NCBI GenBank assembly: GCA_041675865.1
Contig: JBAYTA010000001.1
Location: 6,332-70,331 of the forward strand
Source: Bacilli bacterium
GTDB taxonomy: Bacteria; Bacillota_I; Bacilli_A; ML615J-28; CAG-698
Direction of reading: 5' to 3'
DNA: 64,000 bases
Positions within the stretch are counted from its first letter, which is position 1. The number at the start of each line of letters is the position of its first letter. This document shows, one piece after another, positions 31,227-40,595 of this stretch. The notes below the pieces were generated by a model that worked only from the letters and a program-made list of their open reading frames with translations, was not told the DNA's origin and did no database searches. Made by a program: the position numbers and the translations under genes.

Positions 31227-32129
31227 ATGGATAAGTATTTAAAAGAATATATATATTACATTAAAGGTGAATTAAATCTTGGAACCAATACTGTAGAGTC
31301 TTATACGAAAGATATTGAACAGTATATTGATTTTCTTAAAACATATAGACACAAAAACAATCCAGAGGATATAGAAATTCCAGATATAAGAAACTATATG
31401 AGCAGTTTAAAAAGAAAGTTTTTAGCTGCTGGAACGCAAGCAAGAAAACTAACTGCGATAAAGAGTTTTCATAGATTTTTGTTTTTAGAAAAATATACTA
31501 CTAGAAATGTTTCTAAAACTATTTCTAGTCCAAAACAAGAAGACAAGCTTCCGATAGTTTTATCGATAGAAGAAGTTAAGATTTTACTTGATTCTTTAAA
31601 AAGTGATACGCCTCTTAATTTAAGAAATAAAGCTATGATTGAAGTTGCTTATGCATGTGGTTTAAGAGAAAGCGAGTTAATAGGATTAAAAATAAGTGAT
31701 TTGCACTTAAACCAAGGTTTAATAAATATATATGGTAAAGGTAACAAAGAAAGAATTGTTCCAATTAATAAAAAGGCAATTGCTACAATCAATGATTATT
31801 TAGAAAATTCTAGACCTATTTTACGTTCTAATCAAAGCAAAAATATTCTCTTTTTAACAAAATCCGGAAACGCTGTTCCAAGAACATATTTTTATAATAT
31901 TGTAAGAGATGCAGCTATTAATGCTGGATTAAGAAAAAAAGTAACTCCGCATATGCTAAGACATTCATATGCTTCACATTTACTTGAAAACGGATTAGAT
32001 TTACGTTTAATTCAAGAATTACTAGGGCATGAAGATATTAGTACCACTGAAATATATACTCATATAAATAATACAAAACTAAAAGATGTTTATATGTCAG
32101 CTCATCCAAGAGCTAAGAAAGGACATTAA
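31227..32129 (+). CDS. xerD: site-specific tyrosine recombinase XerD
   Basis: An N-terminal SAM-like domain and the catalytic R..HxxR..Y residues ('HMLRHSYASHLLENG..EIYTH'). It is about 300 aa. Confidence 0.85.
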   Translation: MDKYLKEYIYYIKGELNLGTNTVESYTKDIEQYIDFLKTYRHKNNPEDIEIPDIRNYMSSLKRKFLAAGTQARKLTAIKSFHRFLFLEKYTTRNVSKTISSPKQEDKLPIVLSIEEVKILLDSLKSDTPLNLRNKAMIEVAYACGLRESELIGLKISDLHLNQGLINIYGKGNKERIVPINKKAIATINDYLENSRPILRSNQSKNILFLTKSGNAVPRTYFYNIVRDAAINAGLRKKVTPHMLRHSYASHLLENGLDLRLIQELLGHEDISTTEIYTHINNTKLKDVYMSAHPRAKKGH

Positions 32130-33314
32130 ATGAAAAAATTTAAACGAATATTTTTAATAGTTGCAGATTCTGTTGGTGTTGGAGCACTTCCAGATGCATC
32201 TAATTATGGTGATGAGGGTACAAACACTTTAAAACATTTATCCTATGCAAAAAAAGATTTCTCTATTCCCAATTTAGAAAAGTTAGGAATAGGGAATATA
32301 ACTGAAATTAATAACACAAAATCTGTTGATCTTCCATTAGCATCTTACGGGAAGATGGCTGAAGTTAGTGTAGGAAAAGACACTTTAACTGGACACTGGG
32401 AAATTATGGGGTTAAAAGTAGATACACCATTCCCATCATTTACAGACAATGGTTTTCCAGATGAATTAATTAAAAAATTAGAACTAGAAACTAATCATAA
32501 ATTTATTGGAAATATTGCTGCTAGTGGAACTGAAATAATTAAAGACTTAGGTGAAGAACACATTAAAACTAAAGCTATTATTATATATACTTCATCTGAT
32601 TCTGTCTTGCAACTTGCTGCTAATGAAGCTGTTATTCCATTAGAAGAATTATACCGAGTTTGTGAGATAGCAAGAAAAATTACTCTAGAAAATCCTGCTT
32701 GGCAAGTAGGAAGAATTATCGCAAGACCTTTTATTGGTGACAATAAAGACAATTTCACAAGAACTCCTAATCGTCATGATTATTCAGTTCAACCATTCTC
32801 TAAAACCGCTTTAAATCATTTACAAGATAATGGTTATGATGTTATTTCTGTAGGTAAGATTTTTGATATATTTGATGGTCAAGGAATTGACGAAGCAAAT
32901 AAAATAAAAAGCAATCAAGAAGGAATGGATATAACAATCTCTCTTACAAAACGCGATTTTACTGGTTTGTGTTTTGTGAACTTAGTAGACTTTGATGCCC
33001 TATATGGGCACAGACGCAACCCACTTGGCTATGCAGAGTCAGTAGAAGAGTTTGATAGAAATGTTGGAATATTATTAAACAATTTAAACGACGATGATTT
33101 ATTAATCATTACTGCTGATCATGGTAATGATCCAACTCATTCAGGAACCGATCATACAAGAGAATACGTACCTTTATTAGTTTATAATAAGAATTTACAA
33201 GGTCAATATTTACGGATTAGAAACACATTTGCAGATATAGCTGCAACAATTTGTGATAATTTTAATGTACAAACAACAACAATTGGTACTAGTTTTCTTA
33301 AAAGCCTAAAGTAA
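32130..33314 (+). CDS. deoB: phosphopentomutase
   Basis: 'IFLIVADSVGVG' and a C-terminal 'TADHGNDPT' metal-binding motif. Confidence 0.9.
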   Translation: MKKFKRIFLIVADSVGVGALPDASNYGDEGTNTLKHLSYAKKDFSIPNLEKLGIGNITEINNTKSVDLPLASYGKMAEVSVGKDTLTGHWEIMGLKVDTPFPSFTDNGFPDELIKKLELETNHKFIGNIAASGTEIIKDLGEEHIKTKAIIIYTSSDSVLQLAANEAVIPLEELYRVCEIARKITLENPAWQVGRIIARPFIGDNKDNFTRTPNRHDYSVQPFSKTALNHLQDNGYDVISVGKIFDIFDGQGIDEANKIKSNQEGMDITISLTKRDFTGLCFVNLVDFDALYGHRRNPLGYAESVEEFDRNVGILLNNLNDDDLLIITADHGNDPTHSGTDHTREYVPLLVYNKNLQGQYLRIRNTFADIAATICDNFNVQTTTIGTSFLKSLK

Positions 33315-33327
33315 GGAGGAGATTACT

Positions 33328-34266
33328 GTGTTGATAGAAGAAAAACTTTTGACACTTGGTAGAGAAGGGAAGGTTAAACTATACATTACTAAACCTAATA
33401 ATATTAAAGAAGCAAAAGGTGTAGTAATGCTTAACCATGGTATGGGGGAACATATTGAAAGATACCATGAATTTGCATCTAGACTTGCTCAGGCTGGTTA
33501 TATTGTCTATGGACACAATCATCGAGGTCATAAAGATTCAATTTCTAATTATGACGACTATGGGTACATTAATTGTGAACATAGTTTCGATATTTTAGTT
33601 GATGATAATGCTAGAATACTAGAATTAATTAAAAAAGAGTATCCAAATTCGCCTATATTTCTATTTGGACACAGTATGGGTTCATTTGTAGTACAAAGAT
33701 TTGCTCAACTACATGGGAAGAAAATAAACGGTATTATCCTGATGGGATCTGCAAAATTAAACAGAATTGTTTTAGATAGTGGAGTGCTTTTCGCAAAACT
33801 TAATTGTCGTTTTAAAGGCAAAAAACATCGAAGTAAAACATTACATAAACTGATGTTTGGAGGTTTTAATAAACATTTTAAACCAAATAGAACTGAACTG
33901 GATTGGTTAAATCGCGATGAAATTGAAGTCGATAAATATATTGCTGATCCTTATTGTGGTGGTGTATTTAGTGCATCATTTTATAGAGATTTCTTTAGAG
34001 GTCTAAGAAATATAAATCAAAATTATGAATTAGTTCCTAAAGATTTACCAATTTTAATTATTAGTGGGGAAATGGACCCTGTTGGTGGTCCTAAAGTACT
34101 TGTAAATAATTTATATAAAACATATCAAAGGAATAATATTAAAGATTTAGAATTAATTATTTATCCAGAAGCTAGACATGAGTTACTACTTGAATTAAAT
34201 AAAGACGAAGTAATGAATGATGTAATAAAATGGATAAATCATTATTCGAATTTGTGTAATATATAA
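33328..34266 (+). CDS. alpha/beta hydrolase (lysophospholipase/monoacylglycerol lipase-like)
   Basis: The nucleophile elbow 'GHSMGS', a GTG start, and an AAGGAGGA RBS. Confidence 0.7.
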   Translation: MLIEEKLLTLGREGKVKLYITKPNNIKEAKGVVMLNHGMGEHIERYHEFASRLAQAGYIVYGHNHRGHKDSISNYDDYGYINCEHSFDILVDDNARILELIKKEYPNSPIFLFGHSMGSFVVQRFAQLHGKKINGIILMGSAKLNRIVLDSGVLFAKLNCRFKGKKHRSKTLHKLMFGGFNKHFKPNRTELDWLNRDEIEVDKYIADPYCGGVFSASFYRDFFRGLRNINQNYELVPKDLPILIISGEMDPVGGPKVLVNNLYKTYQRNNIKDLELIIYPEARHELLLELNKDEVMNDVIKWINHYSNLCNI

Positions 34267-34534
34267 AATTTAAAAATCTTCTATTAATTTAGAAGATTTT
34301 TTTATGCAACCGGGTTAGTATTGATTGTGGTTGATCTTATTCAGTCAATAAAAAATAAAATACGGAAATAAATGAACTAAATTATGAACTTATAATAAAA
34401 ACACGAAATAAAGTTGAAAGTATTAAACTTATTGAAAATGAATAATGATTATTTAAAAATGTATGATTATTTAAAAAATATTTGATTAGTATTTATAATA
34501 TGATATAATTGGTTAGAGCAAAGAGGAGGAAACT

Positions 34535-36679
34535 ATGAAGAAAATATTTAAATTTTTATTATTGTTTTTTATTGCTTATACAATAACTACATTTAGTTTA
34601 AAAGTACAAGCAGCTGATGGCCCAATTATGGTCATTGTAAATCCAGGAGAAGACTCATCAACAATGATGAATATAAGCTATCATACTAGTTTAGAGAACA
34701 CTGTTATCCAATATTATGAAGCGCCTTCAGGATCAGCACAAATGATTATGCCAGAATGTAGAGCTACTCCATTTACTGAAAACAATAATTATCAATGTTT
34801 CGCAACATTGACAAACTTAAAACCTGATACAACATACAATTATTATATATTAGGTTATTCAAGCTATGTAGAAAGATCATTTAAAACTGCTGGAGCTGAT
34901 GAATTTTCATTTGTTCATGTAACAGATATTCATTCTTATAGAAGTGGTGCTAGTAATACTAGAGTAGCTACTGCAAATAAAGTTTTAAATACAATTAACC
35001 AAATTAAAGATTTTGATTTTACTCTAATGTCTGGAGATGTTACCGCATATGGTACTGTTTATGAACAATGGGAAACATTATATGGAATGGATGTTTTAAA
35101 ATCAAAAATGACTGCAATTACCCCTGGTAATCATGATTATTACAATACAAGTGCTGCAGTTGTTAGTATAGACTATTTTAATTCAGTTCTAAATAATCCA
35201 AAAAATGGAGCAGATGGCGTCCTTAATTCCACATATTACTTTAAATATGGGAATACATTATTTATTTCCTTAAACTCTGAAGAAGCTGCAAACAATTCTA
35301 CATTAAGAGCAAATCAAATAAAATGGTTAAATGAAGTTACCGCAAATAATCCTTCAGATTTTATTGTTGTTTTTACTCATAGACCGTTTTATACTGGTGA
35401 CAATTTGAATGCTGGCCAAGCAAGCGATATGAGAACATATTTCCAAGAAATATTTGATAAGACTGGTGTTGATTTAGTTTTAGGTGGACATAATCATGTT
35501 TATGCTAGAACAAATCATGTCTATCAAAATAATAAAGTTCTAGAAACAAACCCTAAATATCCGTATTTAGGAACGGTTTATTTAACTGGAATTCAAATTG
35601 GAGATCGTTATAAAACAGAACCAGGTACTAAACCTAGTATAGTTGAAGTGGCACATGTTGGTGCAGGTCAAGATGGTGGAAGTTTAATTACAGTTAATCA
35701 AGATAAAATTACTATCGAATTTATTAAACATGATGGAACAAGATTGTATCCATATGAAATTTTAAACAAATCTAAAGTAATAAATAAACAAAGTATTGAA
35801 TCAAGCGTTGAAGTATCTAAAACTAATGATACTATCAATATTGATTATTCACAAAATACTTTAGTTGGTAGTGTTAAAAAAGTAAATGTTTATGATGAAA
35901 ATAAAACTCTTTTAAAAACATTCTTGAACCCAACAAATCATTTAGAAATCGAAAATGGTCCAAAGGTGGGAAGATATAATCTTGAAGTAGAAATGTTTTT
36001 AAGAAATGGTGAAGTAATTAATAAAAATGTAGTAGCGATAGATAGTAGATATGACTTCGGGACAGTATTTGATTTTGAAACTGTAGAAGAAGAACTTTAT
36101 ACAAATTTAACTTGGAAAGCTGATGTGTTAAAAGATAAATTTGTTAGATATGAAATATATGCAAACGGCTCAAAATTAAAGGAAGTATCCAAAGATGCTA
36201 CATCGACAGTTTTGGATAAAATAAGCCCTTATAAAGAAAATGATATCTCATTCAGAGTTATTGGTGATAACAATTCTATACTTTATCAATATGATTTTGT
36301 TTATGGTGAAAATGCTAATGATATCCATGTAGTCTTCAATATAGAAAAACTAAGATTAAAAGAAGGCGATGAAAAGGATTTAGAAATTACTGTTTTCCCA
36401 GAACAAGATGTAAAATTAGAATTTGTTTCTAGTGATCCAAATGTTGCAACTGTTGATGAAAATGGTAAAGTTACTGCTATTGGTGAAGGTACATGTACAA
36501 TAAGTTTAAATGTTGCTAAACGTTGGGATGTAAAATCAGAAATAGAAATTACCGTAGAAGCTTCTCCAGTTAAAGATCCGACTCCTCCAACTAAAAAAGG
36601 ATGTTTCCAAGGTGGAAGTATATTTGTAGGATTTGCAGTTATAGGATTAGTAGTTATTTTAAGAAGAAAAAGATTTTAG
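34535..36679 (+). CDS. secreted, C-terminally membrane-anchored metallophosphoesterase (purple-acid-phosphatase-like) with Big_2 domain
   Basis: A signal peptide; calcineurin-like motifs 'GDVTAYG', 'GNHDY' and 'GGHNHVY'; a Big_2-like 'VATVDENGKVTAIGEGTCTI'; and a C-terminal transmembrane helix plus an 'RRKRF' tail. Confidence 0.8.
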   Translation: MKKIFKFLLLFFIAYTITTFSLKVQAADGPIMVIVNPGEDSSTMMNISYHTSLENTVIQYYEAPSGSAQMIMPECRATPFTENNNYQCFATLTNLKPDTTYNYYILGYSSYVERSFKTAGADEFSFVHVTDIHSYRSGASNTRVATANKVLNTINQIKDFDFTLMSGDVTAYGTVYEQWETLYGMDVLKSKMTAITPGNHDYYNTSAAVVSIDYFNSVLNNPKNGADGVLNSTYYFKYGNTLFISLNSEEAANNSTLRANQIKWLNEVTANNPSDFIVVFTHRPFYTGDNLNAGQASDMRTYFQEIFDKTGVDLVLGGHNHVYARTNHVYQNNKVLETNPKYPYLGTVYLTGIQIGDRYKTEPGTKPSIVEVAHVGAGQDGGSLITVNQDKITIEFIKHDGTRLYPYEILNKSKVINKQSIESSVEVSKTNDTINIDYSQNTLVGSVKKVNVYDENKTLLKTFLNPTNHLEIENGPKVGRYNLEVEMFLRNGEVINKNVVAIDSRYDFGTVFDFETVEEELYTNLTWKADVLKDKFVRYEIYANGSKLKEVSKDATSTVLDKISPYKENDISFRVIGDNNSILYQYDFVYGENANDIHVVFNIEKLRLKEGDEKDLEITVFPEQDVKLEFVSSDPNVATVDENGKVTAIGEGTCTISLNVAKRWDVKSEIEITVEASPVKDPTPPTKKGCFQGGSIFVGFAVIGLVVILRRKRF

Positions 36680-36847
36680 ATTAAAACGAGATTAAACTCT
36701 CGTTTTTTACTATTTTAAGCGGTTTTTTATCAAAAAAAGGCGTTTTACAGCGATTTATCTTTTTTTAGCTTGATATTTATCAATAGTTTTATTTTAGATG
36801 GTTTATAGGAGATGTACTGTACCATCTTAAAGTGGTCTTAGTAATAA

Positions 36848-36876
36848 TTGACTTTAGAGTTAATTTCTTGTATAAT
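36848..36876 (+). promoter_or_regulatory. consensus sigma-A promoter
   Basis: TTGACT, an exact 17-nt spacer, then TATAAT, about 35 nt upstream of the 36913 start. Confidence 0.6.
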
Positions 36877-36912
36877 AACAAAGTCGATTAATAATGAAAG
36901 GACTTTAGCAAA

Positions 36913-37494
36913 TTGAAAAAATATTATAAAACTAGAAAAAGATTTTTTATCGTAGTAATTTGCTTTATTACTTTAATATCAGGATATAGTATATTAAAAG
37001 GTATAATAAATAAAAATACCAATTCAGATCAATTAGCTGAATTTGGTTTTAATAATATAACAATAGAAGAACTAGTTCAAGGACTTGATTCTAATGATAT
37101 AAATAAACCAAATTTAAGTGCATCAATTACAGGGACTCATTTACTTCTGGCAAATGCAGATAAATCTGTTAAGATCCCTTTAAGTAATGATAAATTCTAT
37201 GTGTCATTTGCACCCTATATAAATAATACCCATACTTGTAGTAATCATAATTTAATTACTTGCACAAGTGAGCTTAAAAATGAATCTTTCCATGTTCTTA
37301 TATTAGATGAAACTGGTAAGGCTATTATAGATAAATATGTGCAAAGTATGGATAATGGTTTTATAGGCATGTGGATGCCAAAAAACATAACAGGCAAATT
37401 AATTGTCTCTTATAATGGATTAAAAGCAAGTACAAATATCACTACATTTAATGATAGTAATACTTGCATCACTACACCATTAAAATTAAATTAA
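36913..37494 (+). CDS. small secreted/lipid-anchored Cys-containing protein (hypothetical)
   Basis: A TTG start, an N-terminal signal anchor, and four Cys residues in 'HTCSNHNLITCTSE'. Confidence 0.5.
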   Translation: MKKYYKTRKRFFIVVICFITLISGYSILKGIINKNTNSDQLAEFGFNNITIEELVQGLDSNDINKPNLSASITGTHLLLANADKSVKIPLSNDKFYVSFAPYINNTHTCSNHNLITCTSELKNESFHVLILDETGKAIIDKYVQSMDNGFIGMWMPKNITGKLIVSYNGLKASTNITTFNDSNTCITTPLKLN

Positions 37495-37504
37495 ATATAA
37501 ATAT

Positions 37505-37545
37505 ACAGCCCTTATATTCTAAGAATAGGGGCTGTATTTCATCTC
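37505..37545 (+). terminator. rho-independent terminator
   Basis: An ACAGCCC..GGGGCTGT stem followed by T-rich sequence. Confidence 0.6.
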
Positions 37546-37703
37546 TACTGGCTTTATTTAGGATAATATAATGTTTACTCTAACTACTAACTGAATCGAT
37601 TAGGGATTAAATATGAAATGAATGCTTGTTTTTGATTTAAGAAATTTGTATAACAACAAATATAGTCAAAAAATGCAAATGAATACGTTTATTTGAAGAT
37701 AAT

Positions 37704-37784
37704 TGTCGAAAGTAAATATGAAATATATGTCGAAATATTAGGTGAATATCAATTTTTAGAACATAAATTATATAAAATTCGACA
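37704..37784. promoter_or_regulatory. cluster of three perfect Spo0A-box heptamers
   Basis: TGTCGAA at 37704-37710 and 37728-37734, and TTCGACA at 37778-37784. The region has no ORFs. Confidence 0.4.
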
Positions 37785-38702
37785 TTCATCACTTTATAAA
37801 CTGCGCTTTGGATCTTTGTTTTAGCAATAATCATTATTATAAGGTTGGTCTAGTGTAATTTAAAATATCAAGGACTAAATTTCGCGTACAATCATTTTAA
37901 ATATGTATTTCTATTAACTAATCATTTAATATTAAAATTGATTATAGAGGAAATTTAAGGGCTTTAGTTAATTTACTCTTTTAATGTTAGAATATATATC
38001 ATTTATTAGATGAATCCACAAATCACTATTATGCATGGCCCAATAAAAAAATAGATCGTATAAAAAAATAAGCTTCTGTGAGAGGCTTATTTAAATTTGA
38101 GAGGGTATAAATTAATAGATACTAGAAGCTAATATGAGGATTTTAATTTAATATATAATATAATTGCTTTATACTCATTGTTATCAACAGTTATACAGTT
38201 TTACACATTGTTTTGATATATTAGCCATAGTGCTATATATATTTAACTTAACATAATATACATTATAGGAAGTTGTTTTACTATTGAATTATTCATTTAA
38301 TTTAACGGTTTAACCAATACTTTTATGGTTCTATTCTTTTTCCAAGACATCTTGTAATAACCTTATGATGACTTATTAAGCATATAATAGATAATCTTCT
38401 CTCATGAGCAGTTATTGTTCAGCTTTTATAAGTTTAAATTATAAAACAAAATTATATATCTGAAGTATATTTTTATATTAATGTACTTTCATAATAACTT
38501 ATGCATGTATACCCACAACTAATAATATAAATGTCTCTTGGAGCGGATACATACCAGATTTATATGGCTAAGAAAATTGTAGAATAATGTAATATAATCC
38601 TGATATATGATAACATAAAATGCTTTAATTTGAAACAACATTTTTATAAAATTTAATTCGCAAATCTAAGTTCAAATTTATTATTAAATTATTAATATAA
38701 AT

Positions 38703-38729
38703 AGTGCCTTTAGTATAAACTAAGGCACT
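38703..38729 (-). terminator. hairpin downstream of the ABC exporter operon
   Basis: An AGTGCCTT..AAGGCACT stem about 90 nt past the stop of the last ABC gene. Confidence 0.45.
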
Positions 38730-38816
38730 CTAATAAAGTATTATTGGTAAATACCCATCCTATTAAAGATAATTGTCTCCTAGGAAGGGTATTTTTTTGT
38801 TTAGTAACTTTAATTA

Positions 38817-40595
38817 TTAATTTAGTTGATAATTTTCCGATTGGGTTTTAAAAAGCTTATAATACAAAGAATTTTTATCTTTCATTAGATTTTTATGTGT
38901 ATCATAAGAAACTACTTTGCCTCCATCTAAGACTAATATATAATCACAGAATACTGATGATGACATACGGTGAGAAATATAGATTGCTGTTTTATCAAGC
39001 ACTAGTTCATTAAAGTGTTCATAGATTTCTGCTTCTGCTATTGGATCCAATGCAGATGTTGGTTCATCTAAAATAACTAAGCTTGAGTTTTTATATAGAG
39101 CTCTTGCAATAGCAATTTTTTGTCCTTGACCACCAGATAGTTCTATACCATCTTCATCAAATGATTTATTTAATCTTGTATTAATACCTTTAGGTAATTC
39201 AGTAATTTTTTCAGTTAAGCCAACTTGATCAATAATTTTATTTAGTTGCTCTTTTGCAGTTTGTTCTTCTCCTGTAATGTTTTTTATAATCGAATACGCA
39301 AACAATTTATAATCTTGAAACACAATTGAAATTGCATCTAAATAAGATTTATAATTATAATCATAGATACTTTTATCATTGATTAAAATCTCTCCAGAAT
39401 CTGGCTCATAGAATCTACATAGTAATTTAATTATAGTTGTCTTACCTGCACCGTTTAATCCAACAATCGAGATTTTTTCTCCCTTATTTATTTTGAATGA
39501 TACATTATCAAGGATTAAGTTATTTGATTTTGGGTAAGTAAAACTAACATTTTTAAATTCAATTTTTTCTATTTCCTTTAGTTCTAAATCACTAGGTACT
39601 TCTAATGCATTTGGTAATTGCATAAACTCCACAAATGGATTTAAATAATCTAATAATTGCATCATATCAATTACATTATTAAATAAACCATCAAATGTTT
39701 TAGAAAAGTTGATTGCGGAATTTGCAAACATTGTGAAATCACCAATGGTTATTTTCTTTGATGTTTCTACAGTTGAAGCTAATAATCCAACATATAAATA
39801 AACTAACCCAGTTTGAAGCGCTGTTAATAACGACTGCAATCCTTGTACAATACCCATATTCCTAAAGAATTTTTTGAAGTTAGATACATTTACTTTGTTG
39901 TAATGTTGAACTCTATCTAAGATTAAAGGACTCATATTATATAAACGCATATCTTTAGATAATCTTTGATCATTCGTTAAGTTAAAATAATAGTTGTATT
40001 TTCGATTAATTGGTATAATACTTTGAAAGAAATTGACTTGGTATTTCATAAATTGACTATTAATCACTAAAGTTATAATAACTCCGATTAGTAATATTGT
40101 TATTAAAATATAACCCAGAGTTAGCATAATAGCAATTAATCCTAACAATGTAATAAAGTTTGTTACAAGCCCTGATAATCCATTAACCATTCTTTGGAGT
40201 GCATTTTGATTATTTATCGCAAATGCTGCTCTTTCTTTTAAGTCTAAATAATATGGATCTTCTAGATGCTTATATTCTACTTTCATAATTTTAATAGACA
40301 TTTCTTCCATAACTTTATAAGATACTTTTCTTTGTTTTACTTCAAGCAATCTCTTATATATTTTGTTAATTAAATTAATAATCAAATTAAAGCCAACAAT
40401 AGCTATACCGTAATAAAAAGCTGTCATAAGATCCTTATTTATTATTAGTTCATCAATCAAAAATTTAGGTAAAATTACATTTCCTATTACTTGAATTGAA
40501 GAAAATAACGATCCAAATATTGTTAAAAATATAAATCCTGGAGAAACCTTAAACATTAATTTCAATAGATATTTAATTTTCTTAAATGCTTTCAT
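38817..40595 (-). CDS. ABC exporter subunit (fused TMD-NBD), heterodimer partner 2
   Basis: Six transmembrane helices, Walker A 'GLNGAGKTT', signature 'LSGGQGQKIAIARAL', and Walker B 'VILDEPTSALD'. Confidence 0.9.
   Translation of the reverse strand: MKAFKKIKYLLKLMFKVSPGFIFLTIFGSLFSSIQVIGNVILPKFLIDELIINKDLMTAFYYGIAIVGFNLIINLINKIYKRLLEVKQRKVSYKVMEEMSIKIMKVEYKHLEDPYYLDLKERAAFAINNQNALQRMVNGLSGLVTNFITLLGLIAIMLTLGYILITILLIGVIITLVINSQFMKYQVNFFQSIIPINRKYNYYFNLTNDQRLSKDMRLYNMSPLILDRVQHYNKVNVSNFKKFFRNMGIVQGLQSLLTALQTGLVYLYVGLLASTVETSKKITIGDFTMFANSAINFSKTFDGLFNNVIDMMQLLDYLNPFVEFMQLPNALEVPSDLELKEIEKIEFKNVSFTYPKSNNLILDNVSFKINKGEKISIVGLNGAGKTTIIKLLCRFYEPDSGEILINDKSIYDYNYKSYLDAISIVFQDYKLFAYSIIKNITGEEQTAKEQLNKIIDQVGLTEKITELPKGINTRLNKSFDEDGIELSGGQGQKIAIARALYKNSSLVILDEPTSALDPIAEAEIYEHFNELVLDKTAIYISHRMSSSVFCDYILVLDGGKVVSYDTHKNLMKDKNSLYYKLFKTQSENYQLN

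Noticed and set aside
36590-36679. LPXTG sortase signal at the C-terminus of the metallophosphoesterase
   Set aside because: The segment before the transmembrane helix reads 'PTPPTKKGCFQGG', which is not LPXTG, NPQTN or a similar motif. It is described instead as a generic C-terminal anchor.
37637-37834. 65-aa minus-strand ORF inside the ORF-free tract
   Set aside because: It has no RBS, low-complexity Ile/Phe/His-rich composition, and overlaps the three Spo0A boxes. This is more likely chance than coding.
37546-38702. CRISPR array, tandem repeats or IS remnants in the gene-less tract
   Set aside because: I found no regularly spaced direct repeats, no inverted terminal repeats and no transposase fragments by eye. 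Only scattered short hairpins are present.
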